A stretch of DNA of 64,000 bases from Hemiscyllium ocellatum (Eukaryota). Shown here piece by piece: positions 12,636-24,690 of the stretch. The notes under the pieces were generated by a model. The model was not told the origin of the DNA. It ran no database searches and worked only from the letters and a program-made list of their open reading frames with translations. Each line of letters begins with the position of its first letter. Within the stretch, counting starts at the first letter, position 1. Both the position numbers and the translations under genes were made by a program. Location of the stretch: assembly GCF_020745735.1 (NCBI RefSeq), contig NC_083412.1, positions 66,616,320 through 66,680,319 of the forward strand, given 5' to 3'.

Positions 12636-13429
12636 GCACCATTCTTTTCCATAAATTTAAAGACTCCCTTGCAGCTAATCTTCATGTTACTTGCAAGTTT
12701 ACCCTTATCCTTTCCATTTTTTTTGGTGTTTACAACTTTCCCAATCCTTTGGCTTACCACTAATCTTTGCCACTTTGCATGTTTGTTTCTGTGCTGTACA
12801 ACTCTATGACTCGAAACAATAGGGTTACATGTGCAACCTTCTGACCTTTAGGCATCATTGCCTAATTATTAGAATTTTGAAAGATGATCAGTAAGGCATC
12901 CAATATCTCTGTAGTCATCTCTTTCAATACTCTACAATGAAGGTCAGCAGGTCCCAAGGGATTTGTCAACTTGCCATCCCATTAATTTTCCAACCTGACT
13001 TTTTTACTAATACTAATTTCTTTCAGTTCCACACTCTCACTAGACTCTTGGTTTACTGACAAAAGTATTCCTGTGTTTTGCATTGTGAAGAAAGGCACAA
13101 AATACCTATTCAGTTTTCCTGCCATATCCATCTTTCCTATTTTTAATTCTCTTGTGTTTGCCTGTAATGGAACCACATTTGTCTTTGCTAATCATTTCCA
13201 TTTCTCTTCTCTATAAAAGCTTTTAAAGTCTGTCTTTATGTATATTGCTGTTGTATGCTCATATTCTATTGATTCTTAAATTCTACCAATTCTCAGGCAT
13301 GCAATAGTTTTTGGCAACTCGATAAGCCTCCTCCCTGGCTCCTTTGCCTTTCCTATTGGGTATCTTTGCCTTATAATGTATATATTTTCGAAGTGAATGT
13401 TTTGATTCTTTAAATAATAGCCATTGTTT

Positions 13430-13733
13430 TAGATTAGATTACTTACAGTGTGGAAACAGGCCCTTCGGCCTAACAAGTCCACACTGACCCGCCAAAGCGC
13501 AACTCACCCAGACCCATTCCTCTACATTTATCCCTTCACCTAACAGTACGGGCAATTTAGCATGGCCAATTCACCTAACCTGCACATTTTTGGACTGTGG
13601 GAGGAAACCGGAGCACCTGGAGGAAACCCATGCAGGCACGGGGAGAATGCAAACTCCAGTCAGTCGCCTGAGACGGGAATTGAACCTGGGTCTCTGAGGC
13701 AGCAGTGCTAACCACTGTGCCACTGTGCCGCCC
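13430..13733 (-). mobile_element. HE1 V-SINE nested in CR1
   Basis: Full-length, little-diverged copy. Confidence 0.85.
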
Positions 13734-16366
13734 AGTTTAATGTACTGTCAAACCAAATAATATATTTTCGATCCACCTACCAGAGCCAACCCTCTCCTTG
13801 TCACTTTATAATTGCCTTTGTTATGATTTAGATCCTAGTTTCAGATTGAACTACAAATTTTTCTAACTTAATGGAAAATTCTGTAAAACTATGGTCAATA
13901 TTAAAGTTTGTATTACACAGGATTACCAATTAGTCATTTCTCACCGCCTAATGCTAAATATAAAATAGCCAGTACCTCAGTTGGTTCCTCAACATATTTC
14001 TTCAGAAATTTATCATGCACAAGCAATCTTCCTCCACAGCATTACAGAACATCAGATTTACCAAGACATAATCTAGATCAAAATCATTCAATTACAGCAA
14101 TCCCCTTGCTAAATGTATGTTTAATTTCCTGAATTACGTCGTGCCCTACATTATCGCCACCTGTTTTGTGACCTAAAAAAACACTCCTAGTGTTTGCTGC
14201 CTTTTGCTGTTTCTTACTTCACAGAAACTGCATCATGTTCTTCCAATCAGTGATTCTCTCTTACTGATACACTGATCTTGTTCATTATTAATAGTATCTC
14301 CTTTCCCTTTTCGCCCTCTCTTCTGAATGTCAGGTATGCATTAATATTCAGTTCCCAATCTTTGTCACTCTGCAGCTACATCTTCATACTGGCAATAATA
14401 TCACAACCTTTCATTTCACCGATGCCACCAATTCACCTATTTTGTGAATGTTGTGGGTACTCATATAGAGGAATGGTGTCTTTTTAGCACTATTCTATAA
14501 TTTGATCCTAGTTAATTTTAGAATTTGTTTCTCAATGCTTTTCACTTTCAATTACAGCTTTTCTACTTCCAATAACCAGCTTTGTTTTTATCTAAGTTTC
14601 CTCTTAGGTTCCCAGGCCCAGACAAGTAGTCTTAACTGTCCACAACAGCATGAGCAAATTTCCCTGTGATAGTATTAGCCCAACTTTTGTTAAGGTGTAA
14701 CCCATTCTCCTTTTAGAGATCTCCCCTGTCCCAAAAGCAGTCCCAATGTCTGAAAAATTTAAAGACCTCCCCTTGCGCCATATTTCCAACTGCATATTCT
14801 TTCAATCTTTTCGTCATTATGATCCCAGCTGATGGTAATTCTGGGCAAGTCAAATCATAGAGTGCCTTGATAGATCATAAATTCTACTTTTATATGATAG
14901 TTACTATTATGATTAGTTACTGAATATATTCACATAAGGTTGTCAATTTTTTTAGATGAAGATAATGTGCTTATTACACAAAAGGCAAAGAAAAAACAAT
15001 ACATATCAGACAATTTAGAAAGATTTTAAGAGCAAAAAGGGTTAAGGCCTTCCTCTGCAATATTCTTTACAAACACTGAACCCTACTGAAGTGTCACCGC
15101 TATCGTAACCCTCTTTATTACTCTTTCTTAACTCTGAATGTTGCAGGCATTTCCTTTCCATTACTTTGTATATCAGATGTCAATCTCTCTATTACTGTCC
15201 CTCTCTGAGATATACAGGCACCGGCTACTTCACTGACTTTTAGTAACTAACTGTAAAAAAAATCCTGTCTAAAACAGGGTTTTAGACTTCTTTCCAGCTC
15301 TGAAACCAGGTTTCTCAGAATCTAAATTACCCTTCTTCTGGTATGAAATGGGTCAACTGAAACCTGATTGTGACCCTGTTCTGTCACTCTATATATTATA
15401 AAAGTACAACTTTATAGACATTTCATTAATTAACTGCACAGATATCCAATCATTTCACTTTAGTCTCATGCTTTCTTGGAAATAATGTTTGAACTTGCTG
15501 TTCAAAATTACTTTCTGAGAACAGAACTAAAAAAAACACATTAACTTCTACTGCTAAATCCAAGTTCCCAACTGATATTAACATATTCTAAACTATTGTC
15601 ACACTTTTTGTATACGTACTAGTATGTGATACTGGGAACTATTCCGAGATTACTGCCTTAGTGGTCCTGGTTTTCAGTCTTTTGCCTAGCTTCCTAAATT
15701 CTCCTTTCAGGACCTCATCCCTTTTTCTACTGAGGCCATTGGTCCCACTTCATACCATGACTTCTGACTGTTCACTCTCCTCAAAAGAATGCCATGTAGC
15801 CACACTGTGGGAGCCTTGAACTTTCACCAGGGAGACAGCATGCCATTCAGTTGTCACTGAAGTTGCCTTAGAAATGCCTGTCTGTTCCCTGAACTATTGA
15901 ATCACCCACCGCTATTGCCAGTCCACCTCCCCACCCCCCCACCCCCACCCCCAACCCTCAGTGCAACTGAATCACTTGCTGTGACAAAAACCTGGCTCTC
16001 GTTACATTTCTCAGATGAACCATTGACCTCATCAGTTTACAAAACAAATTTGTGAGTGAGATAGATACAAGGGATTCTTGTACTACCTGCCTGCTATTTC
16101 TAGACAGCCCAGTAGTTAACTTTTCTTCTTTGGTCTTAATTAGCAGTCTTAATCACATAGCTCTTAGCTTTACTGATACACCATCACTCCAGCTGCGGTT
16201 CAGATTTCAAAAGCAGGAATTTGAGATCTTGCAGCTGAAGGTGCTTCCTGCATATGTGATCATCTAAGCCATGCGAAGCATCCACTGTTCCCAAAAATGA
16301 TAGGCATTTCACATAATTGAACTGTCCTGCCAAGCCTTAACTTATTCAGACCTTCCAGTATCAATA

Positions 16367-16921
16367 TAGAGTCTTAGAGTCATAGAGATGTACAGCATGG
16401 AAAGAGATACTTCAGTCCAATTCATCCATGTCGACAGATATCCTGACCTAATCTAGTCCCACCTGCCAGCACCTGGCCCATATCCCTCCAAACCCTTTCC
16501 ATTCATATGCCTTTTAAATGTTGCAATTGTACCAGCCTCCACCACTTTCTCTGGTAGCTCATTCCAGACATGCACCGCACTCTGTGTGAAAAAGTTGCCC
16601 CTTAGGTCTCTTTTACATCTTTCCCTGCTCACTCTAAACCTATGCCCTCTACTTCTGGACTCCCCGACCCTAGGGAAAAGACCTTGTCTATTTACCCTAT
16701 CCATACCCTTCATAATTTCATAAACCTCGATAAGGTCACCCCTCAGCCCCCGATGCTCCAGGGAAAACAGCCCCAGCCAATTCAACCTCTCCCTATAGCT
16801 CAAATCCTCCAACCTTGGAAACATCCTTGTAAATCTTTTCTGAACCCTTTCAAGTTTCTCAACATCATTCCGATAGGAAGGAGACCAGAACTGCATGCAG
16901 TATTCCTAAAGTGGCCCGAAC
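16367..16921 (-). mobile_element. Young 5'-truncated CR1/HER1 LINE
   Basis: Uninterrupted ORF 16453-16896 (QFWSPSYRNDVEKLERVQKRFTRMFP...) and (TAGAGTC)n tail. Confidence 0.9.
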
Positions 16922-17387
16922 AATTTTAAATGACATCTTTTGTTTCCTTGTTTTGAGTTTGCAGTTTTCATTGTTTTATGCTTGACTTTGCAATTTCTTC
17001 CATCTGACCTCCCTTTGTCACTTTTACAATGTAATAAGAAATCCCAAAGCACATGATTGAAATAAAAGACGAGCAGCTATTTGAGCAGCAATTAGATGAG
17101 GATTAGGCTATGTGACCGAGGCACGACCAAAGGGTTAGATTTTGAGAAGGCTTTATGCACCCAACATAAGAAGGAAAGAAACATTGATATCAATATCATG
17201 GAGGTTTTGGATGCATTTTTTAAATGACTTTGCGACCAATGCAGTGGAATTATGTCCAATGATTTATAAAGTTAAAGTAAGGAACATTTCTGTTTTTCAG
17301 AAAACATATCTATCATTTCTTTCCTCCTCCTGAAATTCATCGTGACTGCAGTTACCCAGTAATAATGTTAGACCAAATAAACCATAC

Positions 17388-17451
17388 CTGCAAGTAGAAA
17401 AAAATGAAGCAAAACACAAAGTTTGAATACTTGCGTCCCCAGAGATGTCAT
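17388..17451 (-). CDS. IgSF V-C1-TM receptor, coding exon 1 (signal peptide MTSLGTQVFKLCVLLHFFLLA)
   Basis: ATG at 17451 with A at -3. 21 codons plus 1 nt with a hydrophobic core, then donor GCAG|gtatgg. Phase 1 joins the V exon to give LLA-V-RS/RNLTV, a plausible cleavage site. Confidence 0.75.
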
Positions 17452-19415
17452 TTTATCTGTTTCATCCTGAAGATATAAGAGAAACCATTAACTTTGATAA
17501 AAGAATGAATACTTGGCTTTATGTTATATATGCTATATGTTACAATTTATTGCAACATTTTACACTATTAACATCAAGAAATGTTCCAGATACTTCACAA
17601 ATAAGTATTGGTGACATTCAGATTGAGATTTGCTTCATTTGTGCAAGGTGTGTAAATATTGCTGGCTGGCCCAGAATTTATTGCCTGTTTTTTTGTCCAG
17701 GGCCTGGGTCTTGGTCATTTGACCCTCAAATCTCAATCTTATCCAATCTTATGTGTGTTTTTTTTTATTTATACTGATTTCGATGTTATGGGATAGCCAT
17801 TTGAACGTCTTTGATTTTAATGTGTCTTAGTGAATAAATGTTAAATCAGAGCACTACGTTCTTGAGAAACCATAAAATTAAAGGGAAATAGATTTAAATT
17901 ATTTCAACTAGGTCTTGCTTTTCGGCACCTGGACAGAAGTGTTTGTTAGAATATTTACCATAATTTTATCTGACACACCCAGTTTCAGGTGCATGAAGAG
18001 TAAGTTTTGCTCTGTAGATTTTATAACCTGAGTGCAAGAGGTTATCTAAAATTCTCATGACCGGGGATATAAATTCTAATTCTGTAGTTCCTGATGGAAA
18101 TCAATAGACATATTAGAAACAGTTCATCGCTCTGGTTCACTATTTTCCAGACAACCAAATTATTTATTTCATAGTGACAATATCAAACCTTTTCAAATTT
18201 CCTCTTTTGACAGATGAATTCCAAAGAATTGGACTGGAACCAGTTTACCTGGTTAAACAACATTTTGACTACATGCTTTTGTACTATTTACATTCCTTCA
18301 TTTAAGGTGGAGATTTTGAAAATATTTCTGTGATTTTTTTGGATCACGCCCCTGATGGGCACTCACAGTCAACTGCCAAGTTCCAAAAAACTGAGCTATC
18401 ATGCCACACTTTAGAGAGTTCCAACTTCCTTAACTGGATAGTTACTTATAAGGATTAAAACCAGTCATAATTCCTTGACAACCACACTTCTGACCATCTC
18501 CCCCACACTAAACTCCTCACTGACTCACCCTGACCTTGTGTTCACCCCCCAACAATTACCATTCCCAATCCCCCTGACTCAACAAGGCTACTGCCCCCTT
18601 AGCCAGTGATACTAGCCCATCAACCCTTCCCTTTAGTCTGACTTCACTGTGCCCCAGACCTGACTTGACTATTCCCATAACCTGACCTACTCTAATATAC
18701 GCTATCTTCCTCAGTCCTCACCCACCTGCCACTCTATTTTCTCATTCATCCATCTGCCACTTTATCCCTTCACTAACCCACTTGCTAATCCACACCCTCA
18801 CTCACCTACTGTATGCAAACTCACCCACCCACCTGCCAGCTAACCCTTCCCTTAATCACTGACCCACTAACCTGCCATCCTAACCAGCACCCAGTGCACA
18901 TCCTTCTCTTATCCACCGGCCAATTTGCTCCCTCACCAACTTACCTTCTTTCTATAACCTTTCCAAGAGGCTTTGGATGTTTTAACTGTATTAACTTACT
19001 GGAATACATGAGCTATTATTGTAAATACAAGTGTTGGGTTTAGATTCCACAAAAAATATCTATGATCTTCTATGTAAAGATGCTTGTGCGTTGAGACTCA
19101 GGCTGATAAATTACAGAGAAGTAATTGTGCAACCTACTGTCTAATCTTGGTCAGAAATAGGGATTCCAACTGTGATCAGAAGTTTTGTGCCCTGACCTGA
19201 TCTCTAAGGCACTGTAATTGCATGCCAATCATCAGGACCTAAAACAATTCAACCTAACTCTAGGGGCTGGTATTTCTTCCATTCCTAATGAAGGGCTTTT
19301 GCCCAAACATCGATTTTTCCTGTTCCTCAGATGCTGCCTGACCTCCTGTGCTTTTCCAGCACCACTCTAATCTTCAGTACTCACTTCTGCCATTCTTTCA
19401 TACAGTCTCAGATAA

Positions 19416-19712
19416 TTTTAGATTACTTACAATGTGGAAACAGGCTCTTTGGCCCAACAAGTCCACACCGACCTGCTGAAGGGCAACCCACCCACACCCA
19501 TTCCCCTACGCTTACCCCTTCGCCTAACACTAAGCGCAATTTAGCATGACCAATTCACCTAACCTGCACATTTTTGGACTGTGGGAGGAAACCCACACAG
19601 ACACAGGGAGAACGTTTAAACTCCACACAGTCAGTCACCTGAGGCAGGAATTGAATGCGGGTCTCTGGCGCTGTGAGGCAGCAGTGCTTACCGCTGTGCC
19701 ACCGTGCCGCCT
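19416..19712 (-). mobile_element. HE1 V-SINE
   Basis: Head ggcggcacggtggcacagcggtaagcactgc, V-domain and tail. Confidence 0.85.
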
Positions 19713-20392
19713 TCTATAAGGTATATCCTAATGTGTCTGTGATTCCAGTTTATGCAGGACTGAAATGATTACAAGTTTCCCATCCAGGTAAATTGGATAA
19801 TACCTGGTCATACTGGGAATCCCTTATCTTTGGATCTTCAGTTGTTCCTTTGTTTGTGATTTTTCCCTCGAGAGGATGCCTGCTCTCCATAGCAACCTAA
19901 TGAAAAACATCTGGTTTCACGGATTTCTCATAAATACTATTGTACTTGGGTGAGAGCTCTGATCCTTGTAGAGCTAGGTGACTCATTTGCCATTAATCAG
20001 TCTGACTAAGACCAGACCTTCAAAATTAGCTCCACAAAATTTGAGAATTTTGACACAAGTTGGAAAACCAATTTTTTTTTCCTTTCGAAGAACTTATCCA
20101 CTCAAGGGGTAACCACTTCCACCTGATGGCTGTTTATTCATTCTGCAGCAATGTTACCTCAAATAAAAAGACCATTAGTTTCTACAGTGCGCCAAACATC
20201 ATTTGTAGCTAAAGGGATAGAAGCAAGAAGGAAATAATGAAAGTATGTGGATTTATTTGCAGGTCCTAATATTAACACATGACTTGCCAACTAGAAAAAA
20301 AACAATTAGAAGGCAATAAAAATGGCCAGGGCTGACCATGCTCACAAGATGTCTCCAACTGAATTTAAGCGTGGTCATTCCAAAGTTATTTG

Positions 20393-20481
20393 GTGATGAA
20401 GGGCTTATGCCCAAAATGTCAATTCTCCTCCTCCTTGGATGCTGCCTGACCTGCTGTGCTTTTCCAGCACCACACTCTCAA
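20393..20481 (+). mobile_element. PLE family A micro-insertion, 89 bp, with 12-bp TSD
   Basis: CAAAGTTATTTG at 20381-20392 and 20482-20493. Hammerhead core truncated and mutated. Confidence 0.8.
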
Positions 20482-21319
20482 CAAAGTTATTTGATGCCCG
20501 TTTATATCTGCTGAATATTGTTCATGGACTTGTTCTTGGTAGAATTTAGAAGTGAGGATCTATATCATTAGGTTGTTTATACTGGATAATGCACTCTCTT
20601 GAGTGTACAGGATGGTAGTTGATGTATCTCACCTGTATGGAACTGTCATCCACAGGCTCCAACTCATGTGGAACTCTAATCATTGCAATCTTTCTTACAC
20701 TAATGCTCATCCATTCAATAGAATGGTCAATTTTCATTGTCTTCCCATTCCTCAGAATTCCTTCAAGCTCTTCATCCTCATTTGCAAACCCTTTCACAGT
20801 TTTGCTCCTCCCAGTTTAAATGTCTCCAGTCCTACACTAACCCTCTATCCTACAAGGACCTACAACAACTTTCCTCTCCCTTCAGTTCCAGGATTCTTTG
20901 GAACTGTCCTGTTAACTCCCATCTTCTTGTAATGTCTGTCCAATTTCTAATGTCAACACGAAAAGCTGTAACGATAACGTCTTTGGCCAAATCCCAGAAC
21001 TCTCTGGTAATCCTGCTTACCTTTAAGCTACAAATATGTTTTGATCGCTTTGCAGTAACAAAAACAATATACGCTTGCAGTCTGGTGTTATTGGGTCTCA
21101 ATTCCTTCTGTTATTATTTAAATGTTCTTCAATAAAGTATTTAATCTCATAAGCATTAAAAATTTATTGTTTCTTTCTATCCTTCCACAGGCAAGCCAAC
21201 GGGTGAATTAAAATGTGGTGCCAATTACAAAATAATCTGTGAGGTAGGATGAGCTGGATGAAAAATAACCTTACTTCCTAGCAAACTGTATGTGAGATAC
21301 CAAAACTACAAATAATACT

Positions 21320-21790
21320 CTGACAGACCACAGACCCATTTATTCCTACACTGTTTTCTGTCTGCCAACCAGTTCTCTATCCATGTTAATACATGAGCCC
21401 CAGTCCCATTTGCTTTAATCCTACATACAAATCCCTTATGTGGGAACTTACTGAATGTCTGAAAGTTCAAGTGTACCACATCCACTGGCTCCCTCTTATC
21501 AACTGTATTAGATGCATACTGGAAAAATTCCAGTTATTTTGTCAGATATGATTTCCCTTCCGAAATCCATGCTGACTCTGTTCAATCCTGTCACTGTTTT
21601 TCAAGTAAAAAGTGAGGTCTGCAGATGCTGGAGATTAGACATGCCCTGCTATTAATTCTTTCATAATGGATCCTGGCAATTTTTCCACTACTCATGTCAG
21701 GCTAACTGATTTAACATTCCTTGCTTTCTCTCTACTTCCATTTTTAAACAGTAGAATTATATTATTTACCTTCCAATCTAAGGGTGGAAA
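21320..21790 (-). mobile_element. CR1 RT fragment
   Basis: ttcaagtgtaccacatccactggctccc and gtcagatatgatttcccttcc are reverse complements of CR1 RT motifs. Confidence 0.6.
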
Positions 21791-22197
21791 AGAGAGGGGG
21801 GAAACATCTGTAAATTTAAGAAGTTGTGTGGTCATTACTCAAAGGACCATAAATTCCAAGGTTACAGGCCAAGTAGTGAAAAATGGGACAAGGTTTGATG
21901 ACCGGCATGGATAGAATGGGCTAAAGATCCTCTTTCCGTTCTGTTAACCTCTGTGATTCTATCACTCTGCAAAGTGGGAAATCAGCTCTGCATATCAGGA
22001 AATTAAAGTAAACATGTTACCCACAATTTTCCATCTGTTGTGTTAATGTGGGTATTTTACCACAATTGTGTTAGGGTGGCATAACTGCAATTTACCACTA
22101 AGACCAGCCAGTGATTGAGATTCTTTGGCGCACACATTTATAAAACTGACTCGGATTTATGAACTGGGGTAGTTATACAGACCCACTAGCTCCATCA

Positions 22198-22545
22198 GGG
22201 CAGCATGGTGGCTCAGTTGTTAGCACTTCTGCCTCACAGCACCAGAGACCCACATACGATAGTATCCTTAGGTGATTGTCTATGTGGAGTTTGCATGTTC
22301 TCCCTGTGGCTGTGTGGGTTTCCTCTAGGTGCTCCAATTTCCTCCCATGGTTGAAACTTGTGCAGGTTAGGTGGATTAGCCATGCTAAATTGTCCATAGT
22401 ACCTAGGGACGTGTAGGTTAGGTGGATTAGTAATGTAAGATGACAGGAATAGGATGTGGAGGAGGGATGGGTCTGGGTGGCAGAGGATCAGTGTGGACTC
22501 GATGGACCAAATGGCTGCTTCCACACTGTAGGGATTCTATGATTT
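22198..22545 (+). mobile_element. HE1 V-SINE (older subfamily)
   Basis: Head, V-domain and ccacactgtagggattctatg tail. Confidence 0.8.
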
Positions 22546-23101
22546 GTTCAACCTTCAGCAGAAGTGTACTAAAGAAAGCTTGCTGCAGGACATGTGTTCG
22601 GTTTTTACTTTGAAGCCCCAATCTAAGATAAAAGTATGAGTGAACACAATCGTTGATCATGAGCAAATTCAATGACAGGTTACCCAGATGAAAGGACTGG
22701 TATTTGAGAGGTGTTAACATATAGTAATATGTTCTTTATTTTGTTTTTTCCAACTGATCAGGAAGCCTGTGGAAACTTTTTAAAAAGACTGCAGCACAAC
22801 TCTCCTCTAAGCACAGACATTTTATGTCAGTCACAGGACCACACCCCAGAGCTGCAGCCACAAGCCTCAATGTGGGAATTGGCCAAGCGATGGGGAACCC
22901 TCTGATGTCCAAACAAACAAACACTGCAACATGATTCTGCTCCTTGGGGAAATTCTACAATTAGCAATTGCTATTGCCTACTAAGATAGTGTAGTATATT
23001 GTATTCCCTTGAGTATCACCAATATCATCAGGGGCAAAGTAAATGGGACACATATATTGATTACGAAGAAGTTTAACTAAAGCTGACATAAAACTGAAGT
23101 C

Positions 23102-23230
23102 ATCGGGTAAAAAATGAGGTCTGCAGATGCAAGCCCGTCCTGATGAAGGGCTTATGCCCGAAATGTCGAATTTCCTATTCCTTGGATGCTGCCTGACCTG
23201 CTGTGCTTTAACCAGCAACGCATTTTCAAC
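23102..23230 (+). mobile_element. PLE family A micro-insertion, 129 bp, with 15-bp TSD and inverted 5' piece
   Basis: CATAAAACTGAAGTC at 23087-23101 and 23231-23245. Hammerhead core CTGATGA...GAAA at 23140-23163. Confidence 0.8.
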
Positions 23231-24359
23231 CATAAAACTGAAGTCCCCCGTTTTCCTGCCCACACAGGATGTTTGTCATGTTTATCGAAATGAAAATCTT
23301 CACACCAGCTTGTTCCTACACATTAAGTATTGCAACATCCATGTAATGGCTTTGGAAACACAAAGTGTAAAGTATTCAGAAATACATTGAGAAATATTTA
23401 ATTTAAAACTGTGACTGTTGTGAATACACTAGTTTATTCTTTTTTTAAAAAAATACATTCATGGCATGTGGGTATCACTTTCTAGGAGACACTTACTGTC
23501 TATTATTAGTATTGAGTAAGACTAAACTGTTAAATATTAAAATAGCAAGTGCTGAGAAATTCAAAAAGTCTCGTAGTATCTGTAGAGAGGGAAACAGAGT
23601 CAATGTTGCAAGTCTGGTGACTCTTTTACAGGAACTGTAAAACTTTCCACACTGATATTTCATTTTTTTTTAGATACAAATGGTATGCACTGCATATCAG
23701 ATTATTACCTGAAATTATGGGCAAAATCTTCCTCGCCCCTGAATAATGTGAGCAACGGTAAGTCAGTTGCTAACATGTATAGTCTGTCATGTCCTGCATC
23801 TGGGGGCTGCCAACTATGTTGCTAACTAAGTCCAAAACCCAGGCTACAGCACTGACCTCCTCACAGGGGAATGAGATGAAGCATGTGATCTGGCAACAAG
23901 GTAACAGCCTTTATTCATTTGTAGGTGGACAATTGAAAGGTCCCAATGGTTTCTTGGAGGGAACCAGTTGCATTGAGGCTCATCGCAGCAGTCACCAGGA
24001 TAGGATGGCTACCTGCCCCTTCATGCCTCTGCCCAGCAACTGACACAATTCAGCATTGACAGTGTTCCAGTACATCCTCAGCCTGGGCTGGCACTGCATT
24101 TGGTCACCCAGAGGAAATGTATTGAGGACAGTAGACTCTGAACCTCCTGTACATCCTGTGCCTTCTGAGAGGACTTGCAGATGCAGCCTCGTCAGGCAGA
24201 GGCAGGAGAGCCTCCCCTGGAGGTTGCCTCTGCTCCTGAGCTTATTGATACATCACATCTTCCATTTTTTCACATCTTACAGTGGCAATAATGCCTGCTT
24301 GATCCATCAGTCACATCTGAACTTTTGTGAGGAGGTCCTTAGCAATGTGAGCAGTCAGC

Positions 24360-24690
24360 ATTCATGTCAATCACAAATGATGGCATTGTGTACTGCTCTG
24401 TTCAGTGGGACATGGAGTACTCCAACAAGGATGGCCATGGAATAATTCAATGTGGAACTTTGACAAATGTCCCCACCTTCCACCGCTGATGCTCTACAAG
24501 ATGTACTGCAGAAACTCACTAAGACTCCTTCGATAGCACCTTCCAAATTCATGACCAATACTATCTAGAAGGACAAGGGCAGCAAATACATGGGAACACC
24601 ACAGTCTGCAAGTTTCCCTCCAAGCCACTCACCATCCTGATTTGGAAATATATTACTATTCTTTCAGCGTCATCTGGTCAACATCATTCT
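24360..24690 (+). mobile_element. 3' end of a second LINE family (CR1/L2 superclade)
   Basis: gaaggacaagggcagcaaatacatgggaacacc...ccctccaagccactcaccatcctg. Reverse-strand pieces of the same end occur near 7430-7590. Confidence 0.55.

Larger units (their letters stand above)
10930..16350 (-). mobile_element. Near full-length decayed CR1 LINE (ORF1 esterase region, endonuclease, RT, 3' UTR) in intron 1, with nested inserts
   Basis: RT end LIPRMERLHYEEILSRLGLYSLE at 11226-11414. ORF1 SGNH-like GTNGLSRKRDEVLKGEFRKLGKRLKTRT at about 15660-15750. Interrupted at 11985-12265, 12545-12635, 13430-13733 and about 14815-15590. Confidence 0.7.

Noticed and set aside
2060-17451. Germline-joined Ig light chain or a TCR gene
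   Set aside because: It has a TM exon (light chains do not), no WYxQ motif, no separate J or RSS, and a 7.1-kb leader intron unlike the short leader introns of Ig/TCR V genes.
21214-21279. RUNX (TGTGGT) plus ETS (ACTTCCT) pair as a lymphocyte enhancer or promoter
   Set aside because: Short motifs expected by chance at this scale; the TSS is unknown and there is no conservation data.
23719-24360. Possible Harbinger-related non-autonomous segments (also about 32100-32790)
   Set aside because: GC-richer and repeat-like, but I could not read transposase motifs or matching termini, so no call is made.
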